In this document: piece after piece, positions 51,801-64,000 of the stretch
Position numbering within the stretch: the stretch's first letter is position 1
Layout: the number at the start of each line of letters is the position of its first letter
NCBI GenBank assembly: GCA_041394285.1
Contig: JAWKIL010000013.1
Coordinates: forward strand, 66,089-130,088
Direction of reading: 5' to 3'
From: Acidimicrobiales bacterium
GTDB taxonomy: Bacteria; Actinomycetota; Acidimicrobiia; Acidimicrobiales; SZUA-35
Length of the DNA: 64,000 nt
Position numbers and translations under genes: made by a program
Notes under the pieces: generated by a model
The model's database searches: none
What the model saw: only the letters and a program-made list of their open reading frames with translations
What the model was told of the DNA's origin: nothing

Positions 51801-51875
51801 CGGCGGGGGCGACGCTGGGGCCACCAGCCCGGACACCGGAGGGGGCGTTGAGGGTCGGGTGGGCCGCGGCACCAC
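48828..51875 (-). CDS. fusion protein: LpxH-like metallophosphoesterase + TM region + MprF-type aminoacyl-phosphatidylglycerol synthase (DUF2156) domain
   Basis: N-terminus: SDLHLG, LAGDVFELW, VGNRDDE, GHTHQ (LpxH-type GNRD variant). Central hydrophobic region. C-terminus: strong MprF/LysX C-terminal pattern (FALRDDKTWF...YSMTLSRLLDP...GWSLDLMRR...PNGVTD...LNFA...FNAKYDPIW). Confidence 0.8.
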   Translation of the reverse strand: MVPRPTRPSTPPPVSGLVAPASPPPSPPVLAVPAGGRVVVASDLHLGAVPSTASGAAAAELARRLDAVTGPAALVLAGDVFELWSEPNNSPAKALRAHPRLVEAIRAFAAAPDRQVALVVGNRDDELGWCPSRRAEATGALDPGPGAGAGITVVAAVDLDIATGQGPALVRVEHGHQLEPFNASTDPARPGDRPLGLHGARELVPALALAGDDGWLDDVAGLTQPGLFAAYVASRLFYRRLARRLGWVLVPGAMAAAAWLLPYVLTPLGPAPARLGRRALDLRLPLGAAVLLYAIGVGLVLAGLAGGGVDAGRSDPNAAARRRAVTLAASGYRGLITGHTHQAELVDLGVARCDPQAAPGTRSATAGSGPRLFYANPGCGAMVVRPVPARAGLPPVFERVNQVSWLELGAGPELTVELWLGETPSPAPGRLERRAGRTRRPAPSRPVKVAALEPHRRWPPALTPDRSGRHRRLAAGAVAVVGLLDLASALTPPLRPRAGQLLRILPPLVPSTASLATAAAGAGLLTLAAGLRRGQRRAWVAALALLAVSALANVGKGLDVEEAAAALGVGVLLAGWRRSFQVAGDRVAGRRALAVLSALAGATVASALAVAAVGHVGVGALVTDFAQRALGLGRAPLTRRWRPVSAAVSGMGLATVAYAGWLALRPARPGPGPDPAAVERVWQLVRRHGRGTLDWFALRDDKTWFVTGETVVAYRVSCGVALVSPDPVGPPDERARAWAAFRRFAADRGWAVAVLGAGEEWLATYHESGMRSIYAGDEAVVDVTRFSLDGPRNKHLRQIVSRMDRAGFQVSVHRSGDLDAETADELRAVAGQSRRGDVERGYSMTLSRLLDPRDDELLVAVARDGAGAVQAFCQFVPAPGIGGWSLDLMRRAAGPLPNGVTDRVVIATILHLQATGERALGLNFAAMRAVLAGDTPDSWLSRRQRWVLRRLGDSMQIESLWRFNAKYDPIWVPRWLVVDSPEHLVTSALAVARAESLWELPLIGRFLRAAPDGPR

Positions 51876-51905
51876 CGGAGCGTGCGCCGCCGGGGCTGGG
51901 GGCCG

Positions 51906-51943
51906 GCTGAAGCCGGCTGAAGCGGTCTTCAGCTGCCTTCAGG
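51906..51943. promoter_or_regulatory. operator-like array: GCTGAAG x2 then CTTCAG x2 at 10-bp spacing
   Basis: GCTGAAG at 51906 and 51916, CTTCAGC at 51927, CTTCAGG at 51937. Located in the 101-bp divergent intergenic region between the mprF-like and AI-2E genes. Confidence 0.4.
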
Positions 51944-51976
51944 GCCCCTCAAGGCCCGGGCGTCCATCGTGGGATC

Positions 51977-53116
51977 GTGCCGTCGGCCCGCCGCCCCCTC
52001 CCCAGGCCTGCTCCACCTGCCGGTGACGGCGGGCCGGCCCCGTTGGGGCCCGACCGCCCCGTCGTTCCCCGGTGGCTGATCGTGGTCGGCGCCTGGAGCT
52101 GGCGGCTGCTGGCCGGCCTGGCCGTGCTGGTGGTGGCGGGCATGGCCCTGCGCCGGTTGGAGGTGGTGGTCGTTCCCACCCTGATGGCGGTCCTCATCGC
52201 CACCGTGCTCGCCCCTCCGGCGGGGTGGCTGCGGCGGCGGGGATGCCCGCCCCGGCTGGCCACGTTCGCCGTGTTCAGCGGCGCAGGAGCGATCCTGGCC
52301 GGGATCGGGGTGTGGCTGGTGCCGGTGTTCGCCCGGGAGGCGGCGCTGGTCGGTCCTCAGCTCGGTGACGGCTTCGATCGGCTCCAGGCCTGGGCGGCCA
52401 CCGGCCCCCTGGGGCTGAGTGACGCCCAGGTGGCCTCGTACCGGGCCGAGCTGGGGTCGGCGCTCACCACGGCCGTGCGGGGGGTGCCGGCCGACGTGGC
52501 CTGGGGCGCCCGCACCGCGCTCGACCTCACAGTGGGGGTGGTGGTGTCGGTGGTGCTGGCGGTGTTCGCCGTGAACGACGGGGGCCGGGTAGCGGCGGAG
52601 CTGCTGGCCCGGGCCGATCCCACCGGCGCCCGAGGCTTGCAGGCCCTGGCCGACGACCTGTGGCTCACGCTGGGCGGCTATGTCCGGGGGGCGGCGGTGA
52701 ACGGCCTGGTCAACGGGATGGCGCTGGCCCTCGGCCTCGTCGCGCTGCGGGTCCCTCTCGTCGTGCCGCTTGCCGTGCTGGCCTTCCTCAGCGCCTTCGC
52801 CCCGCTGGTGGGGGCGTTCGTGTCGGGCGGGATCGCCGCCCTGGTGGCCCTGGCCGACGCCGGGCCGGCCCGGGCCGGGATCGTGGTGCTGGTCGTAATC
52901 GGGATCCACCTGTTGGAGGGCTACATCACCGGACCGCTGGTCATGGGCCGGGCATTGCGCCTGCCACCGGCGGCGGTGCTGGTGGCCCTGTCGGTGGGAG
53001 GTGTGCTGGGCGGTGTGTGGGGTCTGCTGTTCGCCGCGCCCGCCACCGCCTGCGGTCTGGCCGTGTGGCGCTGGTCGGCCGGGGATCCGGCGCCGCTCGG
53101 GCGGGCGTCACCGTGA
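51977..53116 (+). CDS. AI-2E family transporter (PerM/UPF0118)
   Basis: Polytopic protein. The C-terminal pattern GIHLLEGYITGPLVMGRALRLPPAAVLVAL...GLLFAAP is typical of the family. Confidence 0.85.
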   Translation: MPSARRPLPRPAPPAGDGGPAPLGPDRPVVPRWLIVVGAWSWRLLAGLAVLVVAGMALRRLEVVVVPTLMAVLIATVLAPPAGWLRRRGCPPRLATFAVFSGAGAILAGIGVWLVPVFAREAALVGPQLGDGFDRLQAWAATGPLGLSDAQVASYRAELGSALTTAVRGVPADVAWGARTALDLTVGVVVSVVLAVFAVNDGGRVAAELLARADPTGARGLQALADDLWLTLGGYVRGAAVNGLVNGMALALGLVALRVPLVVPLAVLAFLSAFAPLVGAFVSGGIAALVALADAGPARAGIVVLVVIGIHLLEGYITGPLVMGRALRLPPAAVLVALSVGGVLGGVWGLLFAAPATACGLAVWRWSAGDPAPLGRASP

Positions 53117-53141
53117 GCCGATCCTCGGCGTCGGCCCGGTG

Positions 53142-53927
53142 TCAGGCCGACTCCGAGGTGAGGGCCCACATCTGGGCGATGCCGTCGATGCCCAGCTCCC
53201 CGGCCGAGCGGGCGATCACCCGGTTCTGGCTGTCGAGGTACACGGCGTAGGGGAAGCCGCCGGCGCCGAAGGCCAACACGGCCGAGCTGCCCCCGTCGTC
53301 CCGCATCGTGACCGAGCTGAACCCCTCCCGGTCGAGCCAGGTGGAGGGCGGGTAGTTGCCGCTCTCGGGCCTCACCGCGGTGGACACGGCGTAGATGTCG
53401 ACGTTGTCGGGCTTCTGGCCGCTGTCGATCAGCTGCTGGATCAGCGGCACCTCGGCCTGGCAGTGGGGACACCAGTGGGCCACGAAGTAGATGACCTTGG
53501 CCCGGCCGTCGGCCCCGATCGTCACCGGGTTGCCGTCGAAATCCGTGCCCCGCAGGGTGGGGGCCACCGAACCGGCCGCCGGGTCGTCGGCGCCGGTCAC
53601 CAACACGTCGGGCATCTCGGCCAGTGACGTTCCCTCCACCGACACCGGAGCGGTGGCGGCCCCGGCCGGGGCGGCCAGCGCGTCCGAGCTGGGGGCGGCG
53701 CCGTTGGCGGAGGTGGGCGGGGCGGCTGCCGTGGGCGGTCCGACCTCGCCGAACAGCCGCTCCCCGGCCACCACGATCACCAGGCCGGCCACCACGGCCA
53801 ACCCGATGAGGCCGATGAGGGCCGCGGCCAGGGCTGACGACCCCTGGCTCCGTTGGGGGCGGGACGCTTCCACCAGCGACGGCTCGGCCGGCGGCGGCCC
53901 GGGTGGCGGCTGCTGAGACATGACCAT
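53142..53927 (-). CDS. TlpA/ResA-like thioredoxin-fold protein (paralog of 46928..47596)
   Basis: TM anchor and WCPHC. The long identical block YFVAHWCPHCQAEVPL is shared with the other copy. ATG 53927 preferred over the ORF-track start at 53993. Confidence 0.85.
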   Translation of the reverse strand: MVMSQQPPPGPPPAEPSLVEASRPQRSQGSSALAAALIGLIGLAVVAGLVIVVAGERLFGEVGPPTAAAPPTSANGAAPSSDALAAPAGAATAPVSVEGTSLAEMPDVLVTGADDPAAGSVAPTLRGTDFDGNPVTIGADGRAKVIYFVAHWCPHCQAEVPLIQQLIDSGQKPDNVDIYAVSTAVRPESGNYPPSTWLDREGFSSVTMRDDGGSSAVLAFGAGGFPYAVYLDSQNRVIARSAGELGIDGIAQMWALTSESA

Positions 53928-54013
53928 GGCGGAACCTCGTGTCGTCGATCGGGCCGGACGCGCAAGACCCGGCCCACCGGGCCGGGTCTCCACGCTAACT
54001 GACGTTCGGTGCT

Positions 54014-54160
54014 GCGAGTTCGGCGGAGCCGAACTCGGTTAGTGAGGGCCGAAGGCCCGAACGGCGTTCACCCGATGTTCCGGCGAAGCCGGAACTCGAG
54101 GAACCGGCGAGTTCGGCGGAGCCGAACTCGGTTAGTGAGGGCCGAAGGCCCGAACGGCGT

Positions 54161-54169
<9 letters not shown>
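54014..54169. repeat. perfect 63-bp direct repeat, period 93 bp, containing rpoC 3' end and terminator hairpins
   Basis: 54014-54076 is identical to 54107-54169. Each copy contains GAGTTCGGC-gga-GCCGAACTC and GGGCC-gaa-GGCCC hairpins. The spacer holds GTTCCGGC-gaa-GCCGGAAC. Confidence 0.95.
54077..54160 (-). terminator. rpoC downstream hairpin cluster (putative terminators)
   Basis: Three GC hairpins lie directly after the rpoC stop (54161-54163) on the minus strand. No strong U tract. Confidence 0.5.
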
Positions 54170-58148
<3,979 letters not shown>

Positions 58149-58187
58149 GCGTGTGTCTCTCTACCCTTCTTCGATCGTAAGAACAGT

Positions 58188-58226
58188 CGAGAATCCGAAG
58201 GATTCTCGAGCAGCTCGAAGAGCTGC
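58188..58226 (-). other. two adjacent hairpins in the rpoB-rpoC spacer
   Basis: CGAGAATCC-gaa-GGATTCTCG (58188-58208) and GCAGCTC-gaa-GAGCTGC (58210-58226). Confidence 0.6.
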
Positions 58227-58228
58227 CG

Positions 58229-61200
58229 TCAACGGGGGGTACCGGCGGCGCGGGCGGCGTCGTCTTCGTCGGACCCACGTTCTGGGCGGCTCAGATCGAT
58301 GCCGAGCTCCTCGGCCGTGCGGAAGAGCTCGTCGTCGAGCTCCCGCATCTCGATCTCGGCCCCGTCCTCGGCCAGCACCTCGACGTTGAGGCACAGGGCC
58401 TGCATCTCCTTGATGAGCACCTTGAAGCTCTCGGGGATGCCCGGCTCAGGAATGTTCTCGCCCTTGACGATGGCCTCGTAGACCTTGACCCGGCCCAACA
58501 CGTCGTCGGACTTGATCGTCAGCAGCTCCTGCAGGCAATAGGCGGCGCCGTAGGCCTCGAGTGCCCACACCTCCATCTCACCGAAGCGCTGGCCACCGAA
58601 CTGGGCCTTACCACCGAGCGGCTGCTGGGTGATCATGGAGTACGGACCGGTGGACCGGGCGTGGATCTTGTCGTCCACCAGGTGGGACAGCTTCAAGATG
58701 TACATGATCCCGACCATGATCGGCCGGTCGAACGGCCGGCCGGTCTGGCCGTCGTACAGGGTGGCCTTGCCGTCGGAGCCGATGAGACGGACACCGTCGA
58801 CCGACTCCGGGTTCAGGTTCTCGAAGATCTTCTGGATGGTGGGCTTGGAGCCCGCCATCTCCACCTCGTCCCACTTGGCCCCGTCGAACACCGGGGTGGC
58901 GACGAGTGTGGCGGGCGTGGTGAAGGGGCGGGTCTTGGTCTCGGTGCCGCGGACGGGCGCTTCGCCCACCCGCTCGCCGTCGACCTCCCAACCCCACCGG
59001 GCGGCGTAGCCCAGGTGCGATTCCAGCACCTGGCCCACGTTCATCCGGCTCGGCACGCCGAGTGGGTTGAGGATGATGTCCACCGGGGTGCCATCGGCCA
59101 GGTAGGGCATGTCCTCCTGGGGCAGGATGCGGGAGATCACACCCTTGTTGCCGTGGCGGCCGGCCAGCTTGTCGCCCACGCTGATCTTGCGCTTCTGGGC
59201 CACGTACACCCGGACCAGCTGGTTCACGCCGGGGGGCAGCTCGTGGCTGTCGTCCCGGTTGAACACCTTGACCTCGATGACCTTGCCCTGCTCGCCGTGG
59301 GGGACCTTGAGCGAGGTATCCCGCACCTCGCGGGCCTTCTCACCGAAGATGGCCCGCAGCAGGCGCTCCTCCGGGGTCAGCTCGGTCTCGCCCTTGGGGG
59401 TGACCTTGCCCACCAGCACGTCGCCGGCGCCCACCTCGGCGCCGACCCGGATGATGCCCCGCTCGTCGAGGTCGGCCAGGATGTCGTCCGACAGGTTCGG
59501 GATGTCCCGGGTGATCTCCTCCGGGCCGAGCTTGGTGTCCCGGGCATCGATCTCGTGCTCCTTGATGTGGATCGACGTGAGCACGTCGTCCTTCACCAGG
59601 CGCTCGGACAGGATGATGGCGTCTTCGAAGTTGTAGCCCTCCCAGGGCATGAACGCCACGACCAGGTTCTTGCCCAGGGCCAGCTCGCCGTTGTCGGTGG
59701 AGGGGCCGTCGGCCAGGAGGTCGCCTTCGCGCACCCGGTCGCCGGCCTTCACCCGCGGCTTCTGGTTGATGCAGGTGTCCTGGTTGGAGCGGGCGAACTT
59801 GAGCAGGCGGTGGATCCGCTTGCCCAGCTTGGCGTACTCCACGGTGATCACCCGGCCGTCGGCCTCGATCACGATGCCGTCGTCCGGGGCGACCAGGGTG
59901 TCGGCGGCGTCGGAGGCGGCGCGGCGCTCGATGCCGGTGCCGATGTAGGGCGACTCGGGGGTCACCAGCGGCACGGCCTGACGCTGCATGTTCGCGCCCA
60001 TCAGAGCCCGGTTGGCGTCGTCGTGCTCCAGGAACGGGATGAGCCCGGTGCCGATCGACACGATCTGCTTGGGCGAGACGTCCATCATCTGGACCTCGTC
60101 CCGCGGGACCTGCGAGATCTCGGTGGTGGCGCCGAAGAACACGTCGCGCTCCAGCTGGAGCTTGAGGTCCCGCAGCGACGCCGCCTGGGGCGAGCGCCGG
60201 GCCAGCACACGGTCGTCGGCCAGCGAGCCGTCGGGGTTGACCCGGGCGTTGGCCTGGGCGACCACGTATTCCTCTTCCTCGTCGGCGGTGAGGAACACGA
60301 TCTCGTCGGTGACGACGCCGTCGATGACCTTGCGGTAGGGGGTCTCGAGGAAGCCGAAGTCGTTGACCCGGGCGTAGCTCGACAGATACCCGATCAGGCC
60401 GATGTTCGGACCCTCGGGGGTCTCGATCGGGCACATCCGGCCGTAGTGGCTGAAGTGCACGTCCCGCACCTCGAAGCCGGCCCGCTCCCGGGACAGGCCG
60501 CCCGGGCCGAGGGCCGACAGACGGCGCCGGTGGGTGAGGCCCGACAGCGGGTTCACCTGGTCCATGAACTGGCTCAGCTGGGAGGTGCCGAAGAACTCCT
60601 TGATCGCCGCCACCACCGGGCGGATGTTGATCAGGGTCTGCGGGGTGATGGCCTCCACGTCCTGGGTGGTCATGCGCTCGCGCACCACCCGCTCCATGCG
60701 GGACAGGCCGATGCGGACCTGGTTCTGGATCAGCTCGCCCACCGAGCGGACCCGGCGGTTGGCGAAGTGGTCCTGGTCGTCGAGGCGGTAGCCCGGCTCG
60801 GCGATCATCAGGTGGAGCAGGTAGGTGGCCGACGCCAGCACCTCGCACCGGGCCAGCACCGGCTGGTCGATCTCCGGCCGGTCCAGGTCGAGCATGGGGA
60901 ACAGGCGGCCGAGCTTCTCGATCTCGGGGCCGAGCTTGCGGTTCAGCTTGTAGCGGCCGACCCGGGAGAGGTCGTAGCGCCGGTTCTCGAAGAAGGCGTT
61001 GCGCAGGTAGGTGCGGGCCGCCTCCAGCGTGGGAGGCTCGCCCGGCCGGGCCCGCTTGTAGATCTCGATCAGGGCCTCGTCCTGGGTGGGCGAGAGCTCC
61101 CGGTCCTTCTCCCACTGGCCCTCGAGGAACTCGAAGTGCCGGACGAAGGCCTCGAGGAAGCCAGGGGCGTTCTCCTCGTCGTAGCCGAGGGCCCGCAGCA

Positions 61201-61822
61201 TGGTGAAGATCGACAGGCGCCGCTTGCGGGCCACCCGCACGCCGGCCGTCGGGTCCTTGCCCGGCTTCTGCTCGACGTCGAACTCGATCCACTCGCCCCG
61301 GTAGGGGTGGATGGTGCCGGTGACCATCTGATGCTTGGCCAGGTTCCGGAGGCGGAACCGCTCACCGGGCTGGAAGATCACGCCGGGCGAACGCACGAGC
61401 TGCGAGACCACCACGCGCTCGGTGCCGTTGATCACGAACGTGCCCTTGTCGGTCATCATGGGGAAGTCGCCCATGAAGACCGTCTGCTCCTTGATCTCAC
61501 CGGTGGAGGCGTTGATGAACCGGGCCCGCACGAAGATGGGGGCCGAGTACGTCATGTCCTTCTCTTTGCACTCCTCGACGGAGAACTTGGGGTATGGCTT
61601 CAAGTCCTCGTCGTGGGGGTCGAACTCCAGCTCCAGCTGGAGCGTCTCGGTGAAGTCCCGAATCGGGCTGATGTCCCGGAAGGCCTCGGAGAGGCCCTGT
61701 TCCAGGAACCATCGGAACGAGTCGCGCTGGACCGCGATCAGATCAGGAAGCGGCAACGCCTCCTGGAGGTTGCCGAAGGGTAACGGTCGCGAGCGACAGT
61801 ACGTGCAGGCAAGAGGCACCAC
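58229..61822 (-). CDS. rpoB: DNA-directed RNA polymerase subunit beta
   Basis: Conserved blocks throughout ([68 protein letters not shown]). Start assigned to in-frame GTG 61822 (alternative 61819). The ORF-track extension to 62563 runs through rplL and is not coding in this frame. Confidence 0.95.
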   Translation of the reverse strand: MVPLACTYCRSRPLPFGNLQEALPLPDLIAVQRDSFRWFLEQGLSEAFRDISPIRDFTETLQLELEFDPHDEDLKPYPKFSVEECKEKDMTYSAPIFVRARFINASTGEIKEQTVFMGDFPMMTDKGTFVINGTERVVVSQLVRSPGVIFQPGERFRLRNLAKHQMVTGTIHPYRGEWIEFDVEQKPGKDPTAGVRVARKRRLSIFTMLRALGYDEENAPGFLEAFVRHFEFLEGQWEKDRELSPTQDEALIEIYKRARPGEPPTLEAARTYLRNAFFENRRYDLSRVGRYKLNRKLGPEIEKLGRLFPMLDLDRPEIDQPVLARCEVLASATYLLHLMIAEPGYRLDDQDHFANRRVRSVGELIQNQVRIGLSRMERVVRERMTTQDVEAITPQTLINIRPVVAAIKEFFGTSQLSQFMDQVNPLSGLTHRRRLSALGPGGLSRERAGFEVRDVHFSHYGRMCPIETPEGPNIGLIGYLSSYARVNDFGFLETPYRKVIDGVVTDEIVFLTADEEEEYVVAQANARVNPDGSLADDRVLARRSPQAASLRDLKLQLERDVFFGATTEISQVPRDEVQMMDVSPKQIVSIGTGLIPFLEHDDANRALMGANMQRQAVPLVTPESPYIGTGIERRAASDAADTLVAPDDGIVIEADGRVITVEYAKLGKRIHRLLKFARSNQDTCINQKPRVKAGDRVREGDLLADGPSTDNGELALGKNLVVAFMPWEGYNFEDAIILSERLVKDDVLTSIHIKEHEIDARDTKLGPEEITRDIPNLSDDILADLDERGIIRVGAEVGAGDVLVGKVTPKGETELTPEERLLRAIFGEKAREVRDTSLKVPHGEQGKVIEVKVFNRDDSHELPPGVNQLVRVYVAQKRKISVGDKLAGRHGNKGVISRILPQEDMPYLADGTPVDIILNPLGVPSRMNVGQVLESHLGYAARWGWEVDGERVGEAPVRGTETKTRPFTTPATLVATPVFDGAKWDEVEMAGSKPTIQKIFENLNPESVDGVRLIGSDGKATLYDGQTGRPFDRPIMVGIMYILKLSHLVDDKIHARSTGPYSMITQQPLGGKAQFGGQRFGEMEVWALEAYGAAYCLQELLTIKSDDVLGRVKVYEAIVKGENIPEPGIPESFKVLIKEMQALCLNVEVLAEDGAEIEMRELDDELFRTAEELGIDLSRPERGSDEDDAARAAGTPR

Positions 61823-61964
61823 CCGAATGAGCACGATGAGCTTGGGAGCGTGCCTGGGCGCGGCGATCCTGCGGCAGAAAACAACTGGGGCAGACGGGGC
61901 GAGCAAGCACGGCTTATCTAGCATATGCCGCGAGATGTCCACCAACAACCAGATTTGCGGGGGC

Positions 61965-61993
61965 ATCGTACGAGAACACCGCCGCAAGGTCAA
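61965..61993 (-). promoter_or_regulatory. sigma-70/SigA-type promoter upstream of rpoB
   Basis: The minus strand reads TTGACC-17 nt-TACGAT, about 140 nt upstream of the rpoB start. Confidence 0.55.
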
Positions 61994-62040
61994 GGTTCTT
62001 TGTGGAAACACCCCCTGCGCCAGCCGGCCGAAAACGCCTG

Positions 62041-62081
62041 AGACCCCTGGTGGCGGGGCTTGCGGCCCCCCACCAGGGGTC
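62041..62081 (-). terminator. rplL-rpoB intergenic hairpin (terminator/attenuator)
   Basis: AGACCCCTGGTGGCGGGGC-ttgc-GGCCCCCCACCAGGGGTCT, about 18 of 19 positions paired. On the transcript it is followed by CAGGCGUUUUCGG. Confidence 0.7.
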
Positions 62082-62124
62082 TGGGGAAATTTTCTCAGTC
62101 CCTGTGGACAGAGAAAGCGCGGAA

Positions 62125-62505
62125 CTACTTGAGCTCGACGGCCCCGCCGGCCTCTTCCAGCTTGGCCTTGGCGGCAGCGGCGTCGTCCTTGTTGGCGCCC
62201 TCGATGACGGCCTTGGGCGCGCCCTCCACCAGGTCCTTGGCCTCCTTGAGGCCCAGGTTGGTGAGCTCGCGCACGGCCTTGATGACCTGGATCTTCTTGT
62301 CGCCGGCCGAGGTGAGGACGACATCGAACGACGTCTTCTCCTCCACCTCCTCGGCGGCGGCGGCCGGAGCCGCCGCGGCGACCGCCATCGGGGCGGCGGC
62401 GGTGACGCCGAACTTCTCTTCGAAGTCCTTGAGGAGCTCGGACAGCTCCAGCACCGACATGTTGGCGATGGCGTCGAGGATGTCGTCCTTGGAAAGGGTG
62501 GCCAT
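62125..62505 (-). CDS. rplL: 50S ribosomal protein L7/L12
   Basis: [34 protein letters not shown] ... [28 protein letters not shown]. Confidence 0.97.
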   Translation of the reverse strand: MATLSKDDILDAIANMSVLELSELLKDFEEKFGVTAAAPMAVAAAAPAAAAEEVEEKTSFDVVLTSAGDKKIQVIKAVRELTNLGLKEAKDLVEGAPKAVIEGANKDDAAAAKAKLEEAGGAVELK

Positions 62506-62507
62506 GA

Positions 62508-63230
62508 TCAGTTTTCTCCGTCTTCGTTGTTCTCGTTCTGGGCTGCGTCGTCGGCCGGCGCATCGGCCGGCTCGGGGGTGGGCTCCTCGGCGGTTGCCTC
62601 GTCGACCGGGGCCCCCACGTCCGCCGCGCTGTCGGCCGGGGTGTCGGCCGCCGGGGCGGGAGCAGCGGGGGCGCCGGCGGCGCCGCCCTGGTCGATGAGG
62701 GCCTTGAGCCCGTAGGCGAAGCTGCGGGGCACTGCCTGGAGCAGCCCGGCGAACTGGGTCATCGGGGCGGCCATGAGGCCGGCCAGCTTGGCCAGCAGGA
62801 CCTCGCGGGGCTCGATGTCGGCCAGCCGGCGCACCTCGTCGGCGTTCAGGGTGGTGCCTTCCAGCAGGCCACCCTTCACCACCAGCGCCGGGTTGGACCG
62901 GGCGAACTCCTTGAGCACCTTGGCCACCGAGACCACGTCGCCGGGCGAGCCGTCGGGCATGGTGCCGGTGAAGGCGAGGGCCGTGGGGCCCACGAGATGC
63001 TCGTCGAGATCGAGACCGGCCTCGTTGGCCGCCCGGCGGACCAGGGTGTTCTTGTACACCTTGTAGGTCCCACCGGCCGGGCGCAGCGTACGCCGGAGGT
63101 CGGCCATCGCTTTCACGCTGAGGCCTCGATACTCGGTGACGAGCACCGACGACGACTGCTCGAGCCGTTCGCGAACCTCAGCCACGATCGCCACCTTCTC
63201 CGGCCGCGGTTCTGACTGTGTGGTTTCCAA
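62508..63230 (-). CDS. rplJ: 50S ribosomal protein L10 with long acidic C-terminal extension
   Basis: [39 protein letters not shown] ... an L10 core of about 175 aa, then about 65 aa of Ala/Pro/Asp/Glu-rich tail ending NENNEDGEN. Confidence 0.95.
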   Translation of the reverse strand: METTQSEPRPEKVAIVAEVRERLEQSSSVLVTEYRGLSVKAMADLRRTLRPAGGTYKVYKNTLVRRAANEAGLDLDEHLVGPTALAFTGTMPDGSPGDVVSVAKVLKEFARSNPALVVKGGLLEGTTLNADEVRRLADIEPREVLLAKLAGLMAAPMTQFAGLLQAVPRSFAYGLKALIDQGGAAGAPAAPAPAADTPADSAADVGAPVDEATAEEPTPEPADAPADDAAQNENNEDGEN

Positions 63231-63455
63231 GTTGCACCTCCTTCCGTTGTGTCGTGTTGTGGGTTGGGTTTCTCGGCTCCCAATCGCCGATCACCGCAAC
63301 CCGACGACACCGTGTGCAATGCACCAGGTGGTGAACCAGGTTCCAGAACGATCGCCTCACGCAGGATTTACACCGTGCCTTCCCTGATGGGCGGCTTGGC
63401 TACCGGAGGTCTCGGGCGAGCTGGGATTCGAATGTGGGGAACAGGTTATCCGGCG
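63231..63455 (-). promoter_or_regulatory. rplJ 5' leader (position of the L10 autoregulatory leader)
   Basis: 225-nt untranslated region between rplA and rplJ. Called from conserved position only; the structure was not folded. Confidence 0.35.
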
Positions 63456-64000
63456 CTAGAGCCGGGTCAGCTCCTCGAGCCGCAGGGGGTCCACCTTGAC
63501 GCCGGGGCCCATGGTGGACGAGATCGTGATCTTCTTGAAGTAGCGGCCCTTGGCCGCCGCCGGCTTGGCCCGCTGCAGCTCCTCCACCACGGTGGCGAGG
63601 TTCACCTGCAGGGCCGGGGCGTCGAAGCTGGACTTGCCGATCGACACGTGGATGTTGCCGTAGCGGTCGGTCCGGTACTCCACCGTGCCGCCCTTGAAGT
63701 CGGTGACGGCCTTGGCCGGATCGGGGGTGACGGTGCCGGTCTTGGGGTTCGGCATCAGGCCCCGGGGGCCGAGCACCCGGCCCAGCTTGCCCACCTGGGG
63801 CATGAGCTCCGGGGTGGCGATGGCCAGGTCGAAATCGAGCATGCCCCCCTCCACCTGCGCCACCAGGTCTTCGCCGCCGACGATGTCAGCCCCGGCTTCC
63901 CGGGCCGCATTGGCGGCGTCGCCGGTGGCGAACACGGCCACCCGGATGGTCTTGCCCGTGCCCGAGGGCAGGGACACGGTGCCCCGCACGATCTGGTCGG
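63456..64000 (-). CDS. rplA: 50S ribosomal protein L1 (5' end beyond window)
   Basis: [19 protein letters not shown] ... [16 protein letters not shown] ... GKSSF. The ORF is open to the window edge. Confidence 0.95.
   Translation of the reverse strand, partial: DQIVRGTVSLPSGTGKTIRVAVFATGDAANAAREAGADIVGGEDLVAQVEGGMLDFDLAIATPELMPQVGKLGRVLGPRGLMPNPKTGTVTPDPAKAVTDFKGGTVEYRTDRYGNIHVSIGKSSFDAPALQVNLATVVEELQRAKPAAAKGRYFKKITISSTMGPGVKVDPLRLEELTRL

Noticed and set aside
60500-60580. rpoB rifampicin-resistance region reads [22 protein letters not shown]. In E. coli numbering this is N518V and K527R.
   Set aside because: The key residues D516, H526 and S531 are wild type. I cannot tell without an alignment whether V518 and R527 are lineage-normal, so no resistance claim is made.
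61823-62563. ORF-track extension of rpoB through the rplL gene.
   Set aside because: The frame is merely open. It reads through the rplL coding region in another frame and through a terminator hairpin. rpoB homology starts near 61822.

Overview
High-GC (about 70-75% by spot counts) Actinomycetota-type chromosomal segment with about 55 supportable protein genes. I recognised no rRNA, tRNA or CRISPR array. The right end (54.1-64.0 kb, minus strand) is the conserved rplA-rplJ-rplL-rpoB-rpoC cluster. As given, rpoC is broken by a single extra nucleotide, and its 3' end plus terminator hairpins is duplicated as a perfect 63-bp direct repeat. The left 7 kb looks lower in GC. It carries an alpha/beta-hydrolase gene cleanly split by a 1.7-kb IS1182/IS5-type element (15-bp inverted repeats, CTAG duplication) and a ClpC-N-domain gene with a 1-nt frame break. 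The most interesting block is a tightly coupled minus-strand gene string (20841 to 9075). It runs: stand-alone KS, AT-DH-ER-KR-ACP megasynthase, alpha-oxoamine synthase, type II thioesterase, MoxR ATPase, CoxE-like VWA protein, CPBP protease. This is a candidate cluster for a polyketide-derived amino-lipid (sphingoid-like). Other content:
- a Mo-bisPGD oxidoreductase
- two APH-type kinases with PPOX, LLM and MBL enzymes, and TspO
- a fused LivHM permease
- form II coxSLM
- an ABC-2 exporter
- an envelope operon encoding an LpxH-like phosphoesterase fused to an MprF-type aminoacyl-PG synthase, followed by a membrane protein, DsbB and TlpA

Several related intergenic inverted-repeat elements (TTCGAA type and CTGTGGCG/CGCCACAG type) punctuate the 23-29 kb and 43.5 kb regions. 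All functional calls come from motif recognition by eye; no database search was run.
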